DNA of 64,000 nt, from positions 40,796,001 to 40,860,000 of the forward strand of contig JBNRSN020000029.1 in NCBI GenBank assembly GCA_051313645.2. Reading direction: 5' to 3'. The position numbers were made by a program, and so were the translations under genes. The notes below the pieces were generated by a model. The model was not told the DNA's origin and searched no databases. It was given only the letters and a program-made list of their open reading frames with translations. This document shows, piece by piece, positions 25,283 through 39,115 of this stretch; within the stretch, counting starts at the first letter, position 1, and each line of letters starts with the position of its first letter. This DNA comes from Centroscyllium fabricii. Taxonomy: Eukaryota.

Positions 25283-26248
25283 AATTATTATTGTGACATC
25301 GTTCACTGTCATGTAAGCTTAAAAATGAATAGTTTGAACTGAAAAATACTACCTCGCCCCTGTTTCCAGAGCAACACGATTAATCAGAGAGCACTCGCGA
25401 TGCAAACTCTGAGCGAATGGTGCAGTGTTGATATTACGAATCATAAGTACGCTATTTCAGAATTATTTTCCAATTTTACTAGAAGTAACGAAAATGAAGT
25501 TCCCAGTGTAGTTGCAATTTCAGAAAACACTGTGTGATTGAAACAAGTATACAAGGATGGTGCCAGCGGAATTCGAAGCAATATGGCAAATAATTTGCCA
25601 AGGTTCACTTTGTGAGGATCAACATTCTAGAGATAGAAACGAAAGTTTCACTATAGGCCAGTAAATGTGACCAAATATGCCATATAATTCATAATGAGTT
25701 AAAATAGAGTTTCACGGGAACGAGATGAATGTTACCGGCCATGTTATTTTCTGAGTTGAGAACGGGAGAACTTTGGCAAGCATATTCAGCAATTATAGGG
25801 ACTGTGGTAATTTTTACATTCATTGTATTAAATACGAAAAGTGAAAGATTTTATTTTATTTGCAGTGTTCAAATGAAGGTTTCCAAATTATTGAGACAGA
25901 GGAGTGCACATTCCTATTGGACGGTAGTGCAATACGATGGTGCTATCCGGTCGGCCGCCATTTTGGATATGAATAACGGGCAGGGACTAAATCGGGCGCC
26001 TGATACGATGATGCTGCTGCTCAAAAAGAATGACCATTGTATTATTGCAATTTCTATCTATTTGTAATGCTGAACATATTACTGAGAGCAATCCCGTTCA
26101 CATATTCCTTTACTTATTATAATAATAACGTAGAGCAATGAAGGTTAGACTTCAGGTCACGAGGAACAATTTTAAAAATTGATATTGAGGAGCATTTTAG
26201 AGCGTTACAATTGTAAAAGAAAACCGGCTTTATTTTTCTAACATTTAC

Positions 26249-26275
26249 CTTTCTCCTGCTGTTTAAGTTTTTTCT
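26249..26275 (-). CDS. 27-nt microexon, (E)KKLKQQEK
   Basis: tgtttcctccaatag|...GAGAAAG|gtaaat; phase 1-1. Confidence 0.85.
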
Positions 26276-26756
26276 CTATTGGAGGAAACAAATAATTAGT
26301 TTTCTAATAAACAGCAAATTTATTTGTTATCAAGACTGCACACAATTAATCGAAATAAAATCCTCATGGGGAAAGCATGGTGTATAAACTGCAACAAGGC
26401 TAACACTTCCCTAACTTGATTATTTTCTGAAACATGACATAGGCAGCAGGGCATTAGGAATATTCAGAAACGTAACGGGGTGATTTTGGTCCGGGCCGAG
26501 CACGCGAATGACCTGAGAGGGTGGAGGATCGATAGAATTCTTCCTTTGAATTCTGGGGCTAGTTGCTTTCAAGGACAGCCCGCCTCAGCAAATACATCAA
26601 ACAACAGGACTCCCTTCCTCGCCAGTAGGTTCGCGCAAGAATGTTACATTTGCATCGCACAAACCCAAATAATTTTGCAATAGGCGTCTTTCTTTTTGTC
26701 TTTCTTTCTTTCTTTCTTTCTTTCTTTAGTTCTTTCTTTCCTTTTCCCTTCATTAC

Positions 26757-27482
26757 NNNNNNNNNNNNNNNNNNNNNNNNNNNNNNNNNNNNNNNNNNNN
26801 NNNNNNNNNNNNNNNNNNNNNNNNNNNNNNNNNNNNNNNNNNNNNNNNNNNNNNNNNNNNNNNNNNNNNNNNNNNNNNNNNNNNNNNNNNNNNNNNNNNN
26901 NNNNNNNNNNNNNNNNNNNNNNNNNNNNNNNNNNNNNNNNNNNNNNNNNNNNNNNNNNNNNNNNNNNNNNNNNNNNNNNNNNNNNNNNNNNNNNNNNNNN
27001 NNNNNNNNNNNNNNNNNNNNNNNNNNNNNNNNNNNNNNNNNNNNNNNNNNNNNNNNNNNNNNNNNNNNNNNNNNNNNNNNNNNNNNNNNNNNNNNNNNNN
27101 NNNNNNNNNNNNNNNNNNNNNNNNNNNNNNNNNNNNNNNNNNNNNNNNNNNNNNNNNNNNNNNNNNNNNNNNNNNNNNNNNNNNNNNNNNNNNNNNNNNN
27201 NNNNNNNNNNNNNNNNNNNNNNNNNNNNNNNNNNNNNNNNNNNNNNNNNNNNNNNNNNNNNNNNNNNNNNNNNNNNNNNNNNNNNNNNNNNNNNNNNNNN
27301 NNNNNNNNNNNNNNNNNNNNNNNNNNNNNNNNNNNNNNNNNNNNNNNNNNNNNNNNNNNNNNNNNNNNNNNNNNNNNNNNNNNNNNNNNNNNNNNNNNNN
27401 NNNNNNNNNNNNNNNNNNNNNNNNNNNNNNNNNNNNNNNNNNNNNNNNNNNNNNNNNNNNNNNNNNNNNNNNNNNNNNNNNN
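26757..27482. other. Assembly gap (N run) preceded by a (TTTC)n tract
   Basis: Direct. Confidence 1.
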
Positions 27483-27841
27483 AGGTGAAAGCCTATTACT
27501 TAAATACATCCAATGTATTGGTCACCCAGGCATCTGATGTCATCCATTATATCCATCAGGAGGAGCGGTGAAGGAACTGCATGCAAATTGCAAGCTATAG
27601 AAGTTACCCTCAGTAAATGTAATTAGCTTTGAACTGACTTTGCCACATTTCTGCCTCTGCACCGAAATCAACTAGGCAGCAATGAGCAGATAAGGATTAT
27701 ATATTGTTTCATTTTGTCCCAAACATTAAAACCATGTTTCAGCGCTCAGCCTCCCAATGAAGATTCGAATGAGTGAGGAACCAATTTCAAAAGAAGGGCT
27801 TTAATGAACATCAAAGCATTAAAGACGGATATTGACGTCAC

Positions 27842-27877
27842 CTGCTTTTTCGAGAAAATGATTCAGTTTCTGAATCT
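27842..27877 (-). CDS. 36-nt microexon, (E)IQKLNHFLEKA
   Basis: ttttgctttattag|...AAAGCAG|gtgacg; phase 1-1. Confidence 0.82.
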
Positions 27878-30094
27878 CTAATAAAGCAAAATTAAATCAT
27901 TAACGCTTTTATATTAAACTGTATATGCTGTCAATTTCGAATTTTGAGGTATTATTATTTTCAGTCGACACATATTATAGCAATGTTACTAATAACTGCA
28001 CAAACAGTTTTTACTAATTATTGTTCTGTATTGTATAACTGACTATAACGACATATCTTACAACTTAAGCTATCCAATATATTAAAAGGTAATTCTGGTT
28101 TGCCTACCAGTATGTGCATTGTATTGTAACTGCAGTTTCAGCAAATATTGATCGTAAGCAACGCATGTTTGTCTTTATATAAGACACAGGTGAAGAAGGA
28201 ATCAGTTGCGCAACTTCCAGGGCGATTGGGAAAGAAGCAAAGGACACTGTGACGTCTGTATTCATTATAGATAGGAGACAGACATTTCTGTCTCAGCACT
28301 CGGGGGATAGGCATGTAGTCGATATCAAAACTTCCATTCCATAGCCTGCCATTTCGTCATCGTGGAGTTCTGGAACTTCGGTATCTGCGCCCTGAGCCTA
28401 GGCAATGTGGCGAATCATAAACTGCACAGAACCATTATTGCAATAATGGTCAATAATGACATACAGAAGTGGTTCACAGAAAATGCCCTTTATTTCAGCC
28501 ATGCATAACCTGGTATCAGCCACTTTACTTTGAGCATATCCGAGACTGAGTAAGATTGGCAATTCTAAGGACAAAATTTGTAGATTATTTGCAATGATTG
28601 TGGTAGGGTGGGATGGAGATCTTATGGTTCGGTGTAACTTTGGTTTAGTCGATTGTCTACCTGTTATAGAAACGGTCCCATTTTAATTGCCAGTTTACTC
28701 GAGTGAGTTCAATGGAATGGTAAACAGAGAAGTTGCTGTAACTGATGGCCGATCTACCACACCAGTTTAACACCCAAACGTAAAGCGGGCCACTTGCCGA
28801 TAAACATTGGTTCCTGACAGACTGCACAGGGTAAGGATCAAAAGCGAAATTAACTGGACGATAAACAGACTCTGATTGGTTTCCACCGGGATCTATGTCT
28901 TGGATGCTCTTTCTATATTGTTGCAGAATTAACAGTTGAGGGAAGAACAGCAACATTTATTTTGACTTGAATTGCAGCGATATTCAATCTATGTCAAGTA
29001 TTGCGGAACATTGCCAGAAGACATAGGAGGGTGAATAGGTAGGTAGCATTTTCAATTCCAAGCAGAAGATTGCAAAGTAATTCATTTCCGAAGTGCAATT
29101 CGGCAAACAAATTACACCATAAATAATATCATTTAAAATAAATGGACAATTAGGAGAAACTTGATGAGGTGGCATTAAAGATGGCAACATAAGTAGATAA
29201 GCCAATTAAATGCCACACGCAATCTCAGGCTGTTGAATTAAAAAACAAGACGGTAATGCTCAAATTGTACAAAATCCTAGTCTCTGGAATGGTCGAAGTT
29301 GGAGTAGTTGTCCGCGATTTATGCTTCCTCAATCTCAAATCGCATATGGGGAAATTCCATTTCGCAACCCATAATTTTTGCAGTATTAATTTGAACAGTT
29401 GTAAAATCACAGGCTGAAGTTGGTGCTTTTGCTCCGCGAAAAGAGTACTGAAGTCATAAATCCTAGCCATTATACAGAGATTTATGTTCCTTATCAAAAG
29501 CAGGTTATCAAAATAATGGAAAGGTGCAATAGATTCATCAGGATGTTACCATGCAATTTTAATTAGGTAAGAGCAGAAACTAGACCAAATTGATTCTATT
29601 AGGGGGGCAGATTGTTTCCACTGATGTGCGAAACAGTAAAGACTGACAGCACATATAAGAAAATGAAAACTAAATTTAAAAGAGAGCTTACAAACATATT
29701 TACATAGAGGCTGGCTAGAATTTGATTTGCCGCAACCTGTTGCTGAATCAGATCTCATCAAAGGAAATTTGTTGGTTGCTTGTCAAGTACGAGAATGCAA
29801 TTTGAGTTGGGTTCTTAGGGTTAAAAACCCACTTACTCGGCCCAATAGGCTGTTTGGTGTAACTTTTTGCACTTAGCACCGGGTGACATTAAGCATTGTC
29901 TGGGCAGAGCCCAGTAGGAAAATCTGGTGGCGAGGGTCACGCAAACTAAACCTGCCAATTTTGCTTTGCTGCCCTCCGCCCACGCAGCTATGATGGAAAT
30001 CTGCCCCTTTGTGGTCTGCAATATCATATATTCAAATAACTTATCTCTTTAAAATGAAGTATGTTGGGAAGCACTGAACTTAATAAGCATTTAC

Positions 30095-30121
30095 CCGTGT
30101 CTTTTTGAATGAGAGCGTTGT
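30095..30121 (-). CDS. 27-nt microexon, (D)NALIQKDT
   Basis: ttattcccctttaacag|...GACACGG|gtaaat; phase 1-1. Confidence 0.85.
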
Positions 30122-30402
30122 CTGTTAAAGGGGAATAAGATAGTTTATAACGTGCAAAAAAACCTTCTGTTGAGTTATGTTTTCACAATGAATTTTGGAG
30201 CAAAGGTAGATCCAGAATGAACAAAAAGGCCAGAATAGTTCACCATCGATGCATCCTGACGGTAAAATGCATAGGTTAAGAAACAAATTAAGTGACTTCC
30301 GAATGAGTTCCTGAGCAAGTGAACTGGGCTGTACCACATTATCACAGTGCCATATTAATCAGCATGATGGACTAAATATGAGAAAATTATTTTGTTCGTC
30401 AC

Positions 30403-30438
30403 CTTTCTCAGACAGCGCTATTTCAGTGGTGCCTTCTC
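30403..30438 (-). CDS. 36-nt microexon, (x)EGTTEIALSEK
   Basis: ttttattttttag|...GAGAAAG|gtgacg; phase 1-1. Confidence 0.82.
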
Positions 30439-31556
30439 CTAAAAAATAAAATCAAAACACTTCAGTTGTGCTGTGCCTGATTCAGTTTTCACAGCTGTTC
30501 GATGCCACAAGAGGAATTAATTTTATTGACTCTCTCGCAAATAGCTCCATCCGGAGAGCTTTGAAGAATAGTCGGTTCTAATCTTCAAAGGGAACTCACT
30601 GCCGAATTCCCCGCATCAGGTGCAAAAAGGGAAGAACTTGAGAAAGTAAATCCTTTGCTGTTACTCAACAAGTATTGACAATGATAGATGCATTGAAAGC
30701 AGAATCATTAGCCTAGAAATTTTATATCTAATACTGTATCGAAACATTTATTGGTGCTGTGTGAAACGATATAATTAAATGACGTTAATGAAAGTAGTGG
30801 CTTACAGTCAGTAAATAACAGTGTAACATTTATTGATATAAGAAAAGTACCTGATTAAACATATTCTTAGCACAATGCAGTGAAGTACACAGAGATGGTT
30901 ATTTGAGCTTCTGAAGTTAGTTGTAAGTTCCTCAGTTTCCATTTTTTAAAAGCGTAAAACACAAGAACTCAGCACGACCTTAATAGATATTCTGCCGAAA
31001 CAGAGTTTGATTTAAATAGGTTCAGCCTATTTAATATCGGTGGAGTAACCTAGAGCGCATCAACTTCACGAGTTTGTTATCAACCTTTCTAATAATAGGT
31101 TTTCATCAAATTTTGGCAGTTCAGATTTAACCCATTTGGTTTTAGAAACATGACCCTTGTCAGTATAACAGAGGTATGGGTGTTAACCTATAGATTTGAA
31201 GTTCTGGAATAGGTTAGACTATGTATTTTAGTCTGTGCGATGGGTAATGCGAACCCAGTCATTACTTGAATCTTAGAATGAGAAAGACGAAATTTAAGAG
31301 GTGCACTGATCATGGAGTGTGTATTTAAAAAGTCACACAACGTTGCAATTACAAATACAATGAGGAACAGCTTTGCAGACAACACACATGTCTTTCTGTT
31401 ATGGATATCTGGGATAGGATACACATGTAAACAGTGCTATAAATAGTAAAATCAATTCAATGAACAGAGTGTCGACCATGACATTTTCGAATTATACATA
31501 TAATATTGTCTGGGAAAAAAGCAGATGATATGCTATGAAGTCACTTTCCAGAATAC

Positions 31557-31583
31557 GTACAGCTTTCGTTCCTAGATCAGCTT
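31557..31583 (-). CDS. Candidate 27-nt microexon, (Q)ADLGTKAV
   Basis: ctttcgctgcttcag acceptor; weak donor C|gtattc with a competing GT 4 nt earlier; fills the missing slot in the 36/27 alternation. Confidence 0.4.
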
Positions 31584-33453
31584 CTGAAGCAGCGAAAGCA
31601 GCTCGATGGATCATATGACTTTAGTATGTATATTAAATAATGAGTACTAGAGCAAAATTCCGTCGGCGTCAAGTTTCCGCTTGCCACTTGGAACGTTAAA
31701 CTTCACCAGGGCAGAGTGAAGAAGGAAACTTGGGCAGGTCTATCACACACTGATGTCTGAATATCCTTCTATTGAAATTAAGGAAAGTCTAATAATTTTT
31801 GTCAGAGGCACATTATGCCCTTCGCTTGATTTTCCTTTCTTTGCTCACCGCGGCCATGATTACCACCAAAACGATAAAGATGAAATTTTACTCCTCAATT
31901 CACTACCGTGAACAGTAACGTAAGATGATTAGTATGGAGCCACCAAATAACGTCAATGGGACGATTTGCAAATGAATGCTTCCTTAGGGTGATGGGGAGA
32001 AGAGCTATACTGCCGTTTTCGAACTAACTCATTGCCGGGCATACATTGATTTTATGAATCAGCAGCTGGCGCATTCCAAAAGCAGCCTGCCCCTGAAAAG
32101 ACGGTAAGTCGGGCGGCTATAGCATGGAGGCCAGTCAGCGGAGTTAAGTTAATAGGGAGTGGAGCAATCGATTGGGAGGGGGCGGTTTATGTGCGACTAG
32201 CATGAGCAGAAAATATTTGAAGTAATATTTTTCTTTGTCACTTTATTGAAGGAGATTCAGTGACTTCATAGGGCTCTGATTTGCATGGGCTAATGAGCAT
32301 TGGGCCAGCTTCCCACGAGTGATGGGCCGTGGATTTTTGGTCGCCCAGCAGAATGGGAAGACACTGACATCAGTGGAAAAGGGGTGCTGTAATACACTGA
32401 CATTTTGATCCTGCTAGCACCCTTTTCCCACTCTACGTAGACGGGGAGCGAATGGAAATCGATCGAAAGTGTATGAAAAATGATACAGCCTAATGCTAGC
32501 AATATTTCGTATTCGTTGCTGGAAAATCTTTCAAAATGGCATTCCGATGCTTAGCAGCACAAAGAGCCAGCAATATCTGTATTACTGTACTATTTTGATA
32601 AGTCAACAGTAGTTTTGTTCCTGTACAAAGTCTGGGATAGACACATTTTACAATACTTTATGCAGCTCCTACCATCTGACCATAAGAAGGGCATTGTCTT
32701 TTTTTTAAAAGGCTTCAATATAAAAGCATATACAAATTATGATCTCCATTATGGTGAGCAACTGAGAACCGCAGCAGATTATGCCACGCCTAGAATATTA
32801 TTGGAAGATAAGCAAACCAATGCATTTGTCAACATACCTAAGGAAGCTACTTTTAAAGCATTATCGGAACAACTTAATTTGCAGGTTCAAAACTGCAGAC
32901 GGGATGGACACAGTTATCCTACAAAGTAATTGAATGAACTTCAATAACTCGGGGATAGGGTGGGATATGTGTCGGTGCAGGCTCGATGGGCCGACATGGC
33001 CTCTATCTGCACTGTAGGGATTCTATGATTCTATGATTCTATGAACTCAAAGGGGATCAAATCATACAGGACACCAGAAACAAGAATGAGCAAAGGATCT
33101 TTAAATATCATTCAGAGATCATGTTGTTGCAGCCACCCATGTGTAAGTACATGTCTGTGTGGCAAGTGCAATGAGTTGCTGCCACTTATCACTTCACACT
33201 GGAAAGTAAATGAGGCTACAGGAAAAACAAAGTATAATCATACCCGCTACGACCCCTCGTCGACTATCTTTTCCAGGCTACTTGTATTTGACCAGGGTGT
33301 AGACAGAACAATATTCCAACAAAAGGGCAATTTTCACAAAATTATAAATATCTTAAACCGTTCTATATTCGTTTGACAAAAGCCAATACAATAATAAGCT
33401 AAACTATTTCGTCCTGAATGTTTAATTAATTGTTAACTAGCGTTCTTGCTCAC

Positions 33454-33489
33454 GTATGCCTTTTAAACTTTCTCGCAGATATTTTAGTT
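33454..33489 (-). CDS. 36-nt microexon, (E)LKYLRESLKGI
   Basis: tttgattttcttttcag|...GGCATAC|gtgagc; phase 1-1. Confidence 0.85.
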
Positions 33490-33979
33490 CTGAAAAGAAA
33501 ATCAAAAACAAATGTAGTTGATATGCTCCATAGTAATGGCTTGTAATAACTGTACGGATGCCGCGATAACATGCATACAAGTTCCACAGTGTCACCCATG
33601 CTCCCACCAGCATCATCCCAAACCACATTATAGCCGTCCGTGTCTGCTGTCTGTATGGTTATGAATGTGTTGCAATGCAACAGCACAATCTGAAGAATGA
33701 TTGCGGCATATTGTTCTGTTGACAATTAAGACCTGCAAAAGAGTCTTGAGATTGATATCACTGATGGAAAAGGTAAGGCGGGAGTGGGACCACGACAAAT
33801 AGAGGGACAGCAACAACCGCCGCAATAGGAGTGAGAAACAATACAACAGAAAGGATCAGGGGCCAATTAGCTTTGTCAGCGGCATATTTGAGACATCTTT
33901 ACGACCTAATAACTAAAGGCAGAACCCTCTATTACAGCCTTAAAGTGTAACCAACACAACCCATTTTTGAAGTAGACAC

Positions 33980-34006
33980 CTTTCTCTTGCAGACTGAGTA
34001 AATCTT
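33980..34006 (-). CDS. 27-nt microexon, (E)DLLSLQEK
   Basis: ttttattcctcaacag|...GAGAAAG|gtgtct; ends GAGAAAG like other members. Confidence 0.78.
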
Positions 34007-34324
34007 CTGTTGAGGAATAAAAAAGTGTAATAAATGCGCAGTATTGACAGGGAATATATACATTTCCAACTGACATGAAACAAAGTAAAGCAAGCCCCGC
34101 ATGTAATGGAATAACGTGGATGTCATAACCTACAGCTAATACAGTGATTATTGATTTGAATGATATTGTTACAGAAAACACCATCTTGAACGCACTCCTT
34201 TGCCATTCATTCAATAGATATTTTGTAAATTTAAAGAGCCTCCTTGAAGCACCGTTAAATCCTATAAAATATGCATATAAGATTTCACAAATGCTAAAGT
34301 AAATGCTAGCTATATTATACTCAC

Positions 34325-34360
34325 CTTTATCAGTTAGAGTTTCAATTATTTTTTTCAATT
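34325..34360 (-). CDS. 36-nt microexon, (E)LKKIIETLTDK
   Basis: atctttcattcag|...GATAAAG|gtgagt; consensus donor. Confidence 0.87.
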
Positions 34361-34653
34361 CTGAATGAAAGATCCAATGCTTGAGTTTAATTATCTATCG
34401 TGAATTCAGTTTGTTTGCACATTTACTGCTTTCTTATTCCGTGTTGTACTTTAATGACCCGATATTCCTGCAGGCTGGAAATTAAAACTTGCAGTACTGC
34501 AGCTCGGCTATCTATATGACATTGCATTGTGCGCTATGGTTTCGGTATTTTGGCTCAACAGCAAAGAACAGAACATTAAGCCATAACTCTTCCCTCCCGG
34601 CAGGAACTGGCGATGTAAGATCATACATCCATTTTACAGTGCCAGGAATAAAT

Positions 34654-35415
34654 GGCCCAAAAATGAGCCTTGGAGCCGTCCTGCGTGTGTGTACCTCCAA
34701 GGTGCACTTACCCTGCGCTCCCGGCTTTCTGCAAAACTAAGATTTGAAATCTCGCGTTATGCAGCTGCTGCAAGCTCCAGGCGCCCTGCTGATGCAACTC
34801 AACGTCGTAGTTAGTGGGAGATCTCGCGCGGGACCACGTGATCTGCAGGGAGCCAATGAATGGAAGCAATCCTACATTCATAACTTACATGGAGAAATCT
34901 GTGTAAGTTATGAAAAGGAAGAGCTTCAAAAACACATCTAAACACAGAAATAAAACTAAAACAACACCACATTTTTTAACAATACTCTAACATAAATTAC
35001 CTATTTTAAAGAAAAAATCTAAATTTATTAAAAAAAAGTTAAAGTTTTTAACTGGCCTTAAAAAATATTTACCTGTCTTTAAAGTTTAAAAAAAGTAAAA
35101 ACCTGTGACTAAAAACTTAAATTCTATAAAATAAAACACTTACCTGATAAAAAGGGGTCGTTACGGCTGATATTTTTCAGCATAACATCTTCAATATTTA
35201 CCCCAATAAAAAACTCAGAAAAAAAATCGGAATTCCACTGCGCATCCCCTGGTGCGCAGAAAAACGCGCTTCAGCTGGCTGCAGCTTGCGATCCCCCGCT
35301 GGCCCTCATCGAAATTACAGGTAACACCGGGAAATAGCTGCTACCTGCAATTTTGAGCCCGTGTGCATGAGTAGCCGGCTCCAAAACGGCCCGCGCTCAC
35401 CCTAAATTTGGGGCC
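34654..35415. mobile_element. ~760-bp TIR element (GGCCC family)
   Basis: Starts ggcccaaaaat and ends aaatttggggcc; AWT flanks. Confidence 0.85.
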
Positions 35416-35991
35416 ATTGATGTTGGGCGATAATGTAAGCTGGACGTTTTCGGATCAGCTGAGCATTTTACTGCAATAGAAAAGAAAATTGGGAGAGATG
35501 TATACTAGGTGGGCAATCCGATATCGCCTGTTTTTAACTGTCGCTGCAAGACAACATTTTCCCCTCTGATTATACCCTTCATTGATGACAAGTTCAACTA
35601 AATTGGGCGGCGTGTAAATCACGGGCAGAACCTCGACCACCTGTTTTCCACACAGCCGTTAATTTGAAAATTCACCCCATATCACTCAACACACACTGGG
35701 CTAGAACCTAGAACTTTCTTGCTCTCATTGGCTGAACTATGCTTTATATAGACGGTCAAGCCATCTGTTGAGCACTTCAGTTTTTATAAATTGATTCTGT
35801 TACTCTCCATATGTATTTCTGGTACCAAATAGGAACGGCCAGATGTATTAAAGTAAATATGTGTATTTCCATACGGCCCGATATAGAACAGCACTTAATG
35901 TTGTAGCACAAATGTATTCCTGGTCGCAGTATGTTTAAGTGATTCGAGAACACGCAGGAATTGGTTTACATTGGTGAATGTGCTAAATAAT

Positions 35992-36818
35992 GGGCCCTGT
36001 TTTCCTGTGTGCCGGTTGGTGCGTGCGCTAGGACCCTGTGGACTCCTAACCGCACGCACCAACATTGCACAGAAGTCTCACCGTCAATTTCCTCCCCGTT
36101 CCTGCGCTGCGTGGCAGTCCAGCCACGCTCGGTGCGCAGTGTATGCCCCGCCCACAGATCCCAAATTTAAATTAAAAACGCCCCCAGATCCCTAATTTAA
36201 ATAAACAGATCCCGAGTCGGACCTTTGTGAGAGCAGGGAAGTGCGGAGCTGCACTCACAGACTCGGTGGGGGAGCAGCGCGGGCACAGCAGCTTCTCAGG
36301 GGAAGAAACGGTAGGTAAGTCTCCCATTTTGTCCTCTTAGATTTTTTAATAGCTAGAGAGTTAAAAATTTCAGAAATTTAACTTTAAAAATTAGCGATTT
36401 GAAACAGGTAAATTAACTTAAAATCGGGTTTGTAATTTTAAAAAAAAAACTTTAACTTAAAAATTTAACGCTACCGATCTGGCCACACTACTCCCAAAAA
36501 CTGTAAAAAATTAAAATAAAAGTAAAAAAATTAACTTACCTGCTTCAGTAACTAAATCTTCTCCCTCACGCATGAGTTTACTACTCGTTTTTCTGTGTGC
36601 AGCTTGTGAGCCAGTTGCACACGGAATCACTCTACAAAAATCACCGTTCTGACAGGAAATCCAGTGCAAGGACTTCCTGCGTTGGAAGCTGATGGGCCTT
36701 GCCCATCAGCACAGGAAATTACCGTTCGTGGGCATCCCCCGTGCTGCACACCCACGGGGCATTTCTGACCCCCCTTCGTGAGTGTGCAGCTCCTCTGCAG
36801 CACAGGAAAACAGGGTCC
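35992..36818. mobile_element. ~830-bp TIR element, related architecture with a different TIR
   Basis: gggccctgttttcctgtg / cacaggaaaacagggtcc; AT-rich core containing aggtaag motifs. Confidence 0.82.
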
Positions 36819-36876
36819 TATATACCGTTCTCCTTTTCTTTTAGCATGCGTTCTGATATAGCAAACAATAAACATT

Positions 36877-38360
36877 GGCCCAGAAATAAGGCCCGCAATG
36901 CGTGAGTACGAACGCGGTACTCACGTGCGGCCATCTGAAGTGCAGGTTGCTAGCATGCGCACAGAACCGGCACTTCCGATCCAGGGCCTGAAGGGGTCAG
37001 GAGCCACAGTGCGTTGCCCTGCGCAGCAGGAGGTGCGCAGTGAACTACCGATTTTATCACAGGTTTGTATCAGGGTAAGTATTTAAATATTTACGACTTA
37101 TAATTTGCAGCACAATGAGTGGATTTCATGAGGTAAGTCTTTATTTTATTCAATTTAAGCAACTTGTTCACACGTTTTAATTAATTTTTTTTAAAGACAG
37201 GTAAGTTGATTTTTAGGCCCGTTAAAAACTTTACATATTTTTTCAAAATTTTTATTTTTTGTTTAGAATAGCTAATTTATGTTAATGATAGTAATTTGAA
37301 AAAATGTAATGTTTAATTTTTTTTTTTAACGGTTTAGTGTGGTTTTGGGGCTCTAGTATTTCATAAGAACCTGGGTGTTCTTGTGCACCAGTCGCTGAAG
37401 GCGAGCATGCAGGTGCAGCAGGCGGTTAGGAAGGCAAATGGTGTGTTGGCCTTCATATCAAGAGGGTTCGAGTATAGGAATAAGGATACCTTACTACAGC
37501 TGTACAAGGCACTGGTTAGACCACACCTCGAGTATTGTGTACAGTTCTGGTTGCCTCGCCTAAGGAAGGATGTTCTTGCCAATGAAGGAGTGCAGCGGCG
37601 TTTCACCAGGCTGATTCCTGGAATGGCAGGAATGACCTACGAGGAGAGATTATGTAGTCTGGGCTTGTACTCGTTGGAGTTTAGAAGATTGAGAGGCGAT
37701 CTCATTGAGACGTATAAAATTCTGAAAGGTCTGGACAGGTTAGATTCAGAGAGAATGTTTCCAATGGCGGGGGAGTCCAGAACCAGGGGCCACAGTCTAA
37801 GAATAAGGGGTAAACCATTTAGGACAGACATGAGGAAGAATTTCTTCACTCAGAGAGTGGTGGGCCTGTGGAATTCCTTGCCACAGAGGGCGGTGGAGGC
37901 CAGTTCATTAAACATATTCAAGAGGGAATTGGATATATTTCTTCAAGCTAAAGGGATTAAAGTTTACGGAGAGAAGGCGGGGACGGGGTACTAGCTTGCT
38001 AAAGATCAGCCATGATCTCATTGAATGGCGGAGCAGGCTCGAAGGGCTGAATGGCCTACTCCTGCTCCTATCTTCTATGATTCTATGATTCTATGATTCT
38101 ATGATACGTTTGACAGAATTTTCTGTCAAATTTATGAATGGAGCATTCTTTGCTCCGATTAGCTCACCGTGGACCACGTGATCCTGCGGGAAGCCTTGCA
38201 CTATCTTCGCCCTTCAGTATCCCCAGCGTGGCGCGGGGGCTTTCAGCAGGCCAGAGGATCGGGATTTCAGGTGAGTGAAATCCAGAAAGGCAGGCGCGCT
38301 CCGTAACTGCACTTTGGAGGCTTGCAGTCTCAGCAAGCCTCCAACCGTAATTTCTAGTGC
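36877..38360. mobile_element. GGCCC-family TIR element split by a CR1 insertion
   Basis: Collinear with 23462-24223 on both sides of 37367-38105. Confidence 0.82.
37367..38105 (+). mobile_element. Young 5'-truncated CR1
   Basis: Uninterrupted 203-aa ORF2 C-terminus; (ttctatga)n tail. Confidence 0.95.
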
Positions 38361-38702
38361 AATAAATGCGATAAATATGAGATATTTTGCACATTGTGGA
38401 ATACATCCATGCATGACATATTAAATGTTACAACTTTGCGTATTGTGTTTCCAATTAGCACAAATAGTAAATAGTGTAGCATCTACGCAGGAATGTATTT
38501 TGTTACAGGAGACTTGTGAAACGGACTGAAACCTGGCAATAGCTTTGTAAAACAACATTGTCATTATTATAATGACGAAAAATATTTTAAGAGCAAACCA
38601 ATCTTTTTTAATGTTTGACTGGTATTGCGCTTACTGTAATGCACACATGTGACACTAGGTAGTTATGTCAAAAATGTACACAGTCAAAAGTTTTAGTATT
38701 TA

Positions 38703-39115
38703 GGGCGGCACGGTGGCACAGTGGTTAGAACTGTTGTCTCACAGCTCTGGAGACCAGGGTTCAAATCCAGCCTCGGGTACTATCTGTGTGGAGTTTGCAC
38801 ATTCTTCCCGTGTCTGCGTGGGTTTCCTCCGGGTGCTCCGGTTTCCTCCCACAGTCCAAAGATGTGCGGGTTAGGTTGATTGGCCATGATAAATTGACCC
38901 TTAGTGTTAGGGGGATTAAATATGTGGGGTTACGGGGATTGGGTGGGATATGTGTCGATGCAGGCTCGATAGGGATCGAGGGATATGGGGAGGGATATGG
39001 GGAGGGGTGCTGGGTTTGGATGATCAGCCATGATCTCATTGAATGGCGTAGCAGGCTCGAAGGGCCGAATGGCCTACTCCAGCTCCTAGTTTCTATGTTT
39101 CTATGTTTCTATGTT
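38703..39115 (+). mobile_element. Full-length V-SINE (HE1-like)
   Basis: A and B boxes, V-domain core, CR1-shared tail (tttctatg)n. Confidence 0.92.

Noticed and set aside
26559-27571. Long ORFs of about 300 aa
   Set aside because: Artefacts of the N gap.
28180-28570. Exon-like GC-balanced stretch
   Set aside because: Stops in the relevant frames and no consistent acceptor/donor pair.
33380-33725. Ig V-domain-like words (GDTVELVC...W, NAS.TI...YYC) on minus
   Set aside because: Needs several frameshifts and stops, has no recombination signal, and overlaps a well-formed acceptor and 36-nt microexon; likely chance.
33906-34358. 150-aa ORF
   Set aside because: Chance read-through linking two in-frame microexons across an intron.
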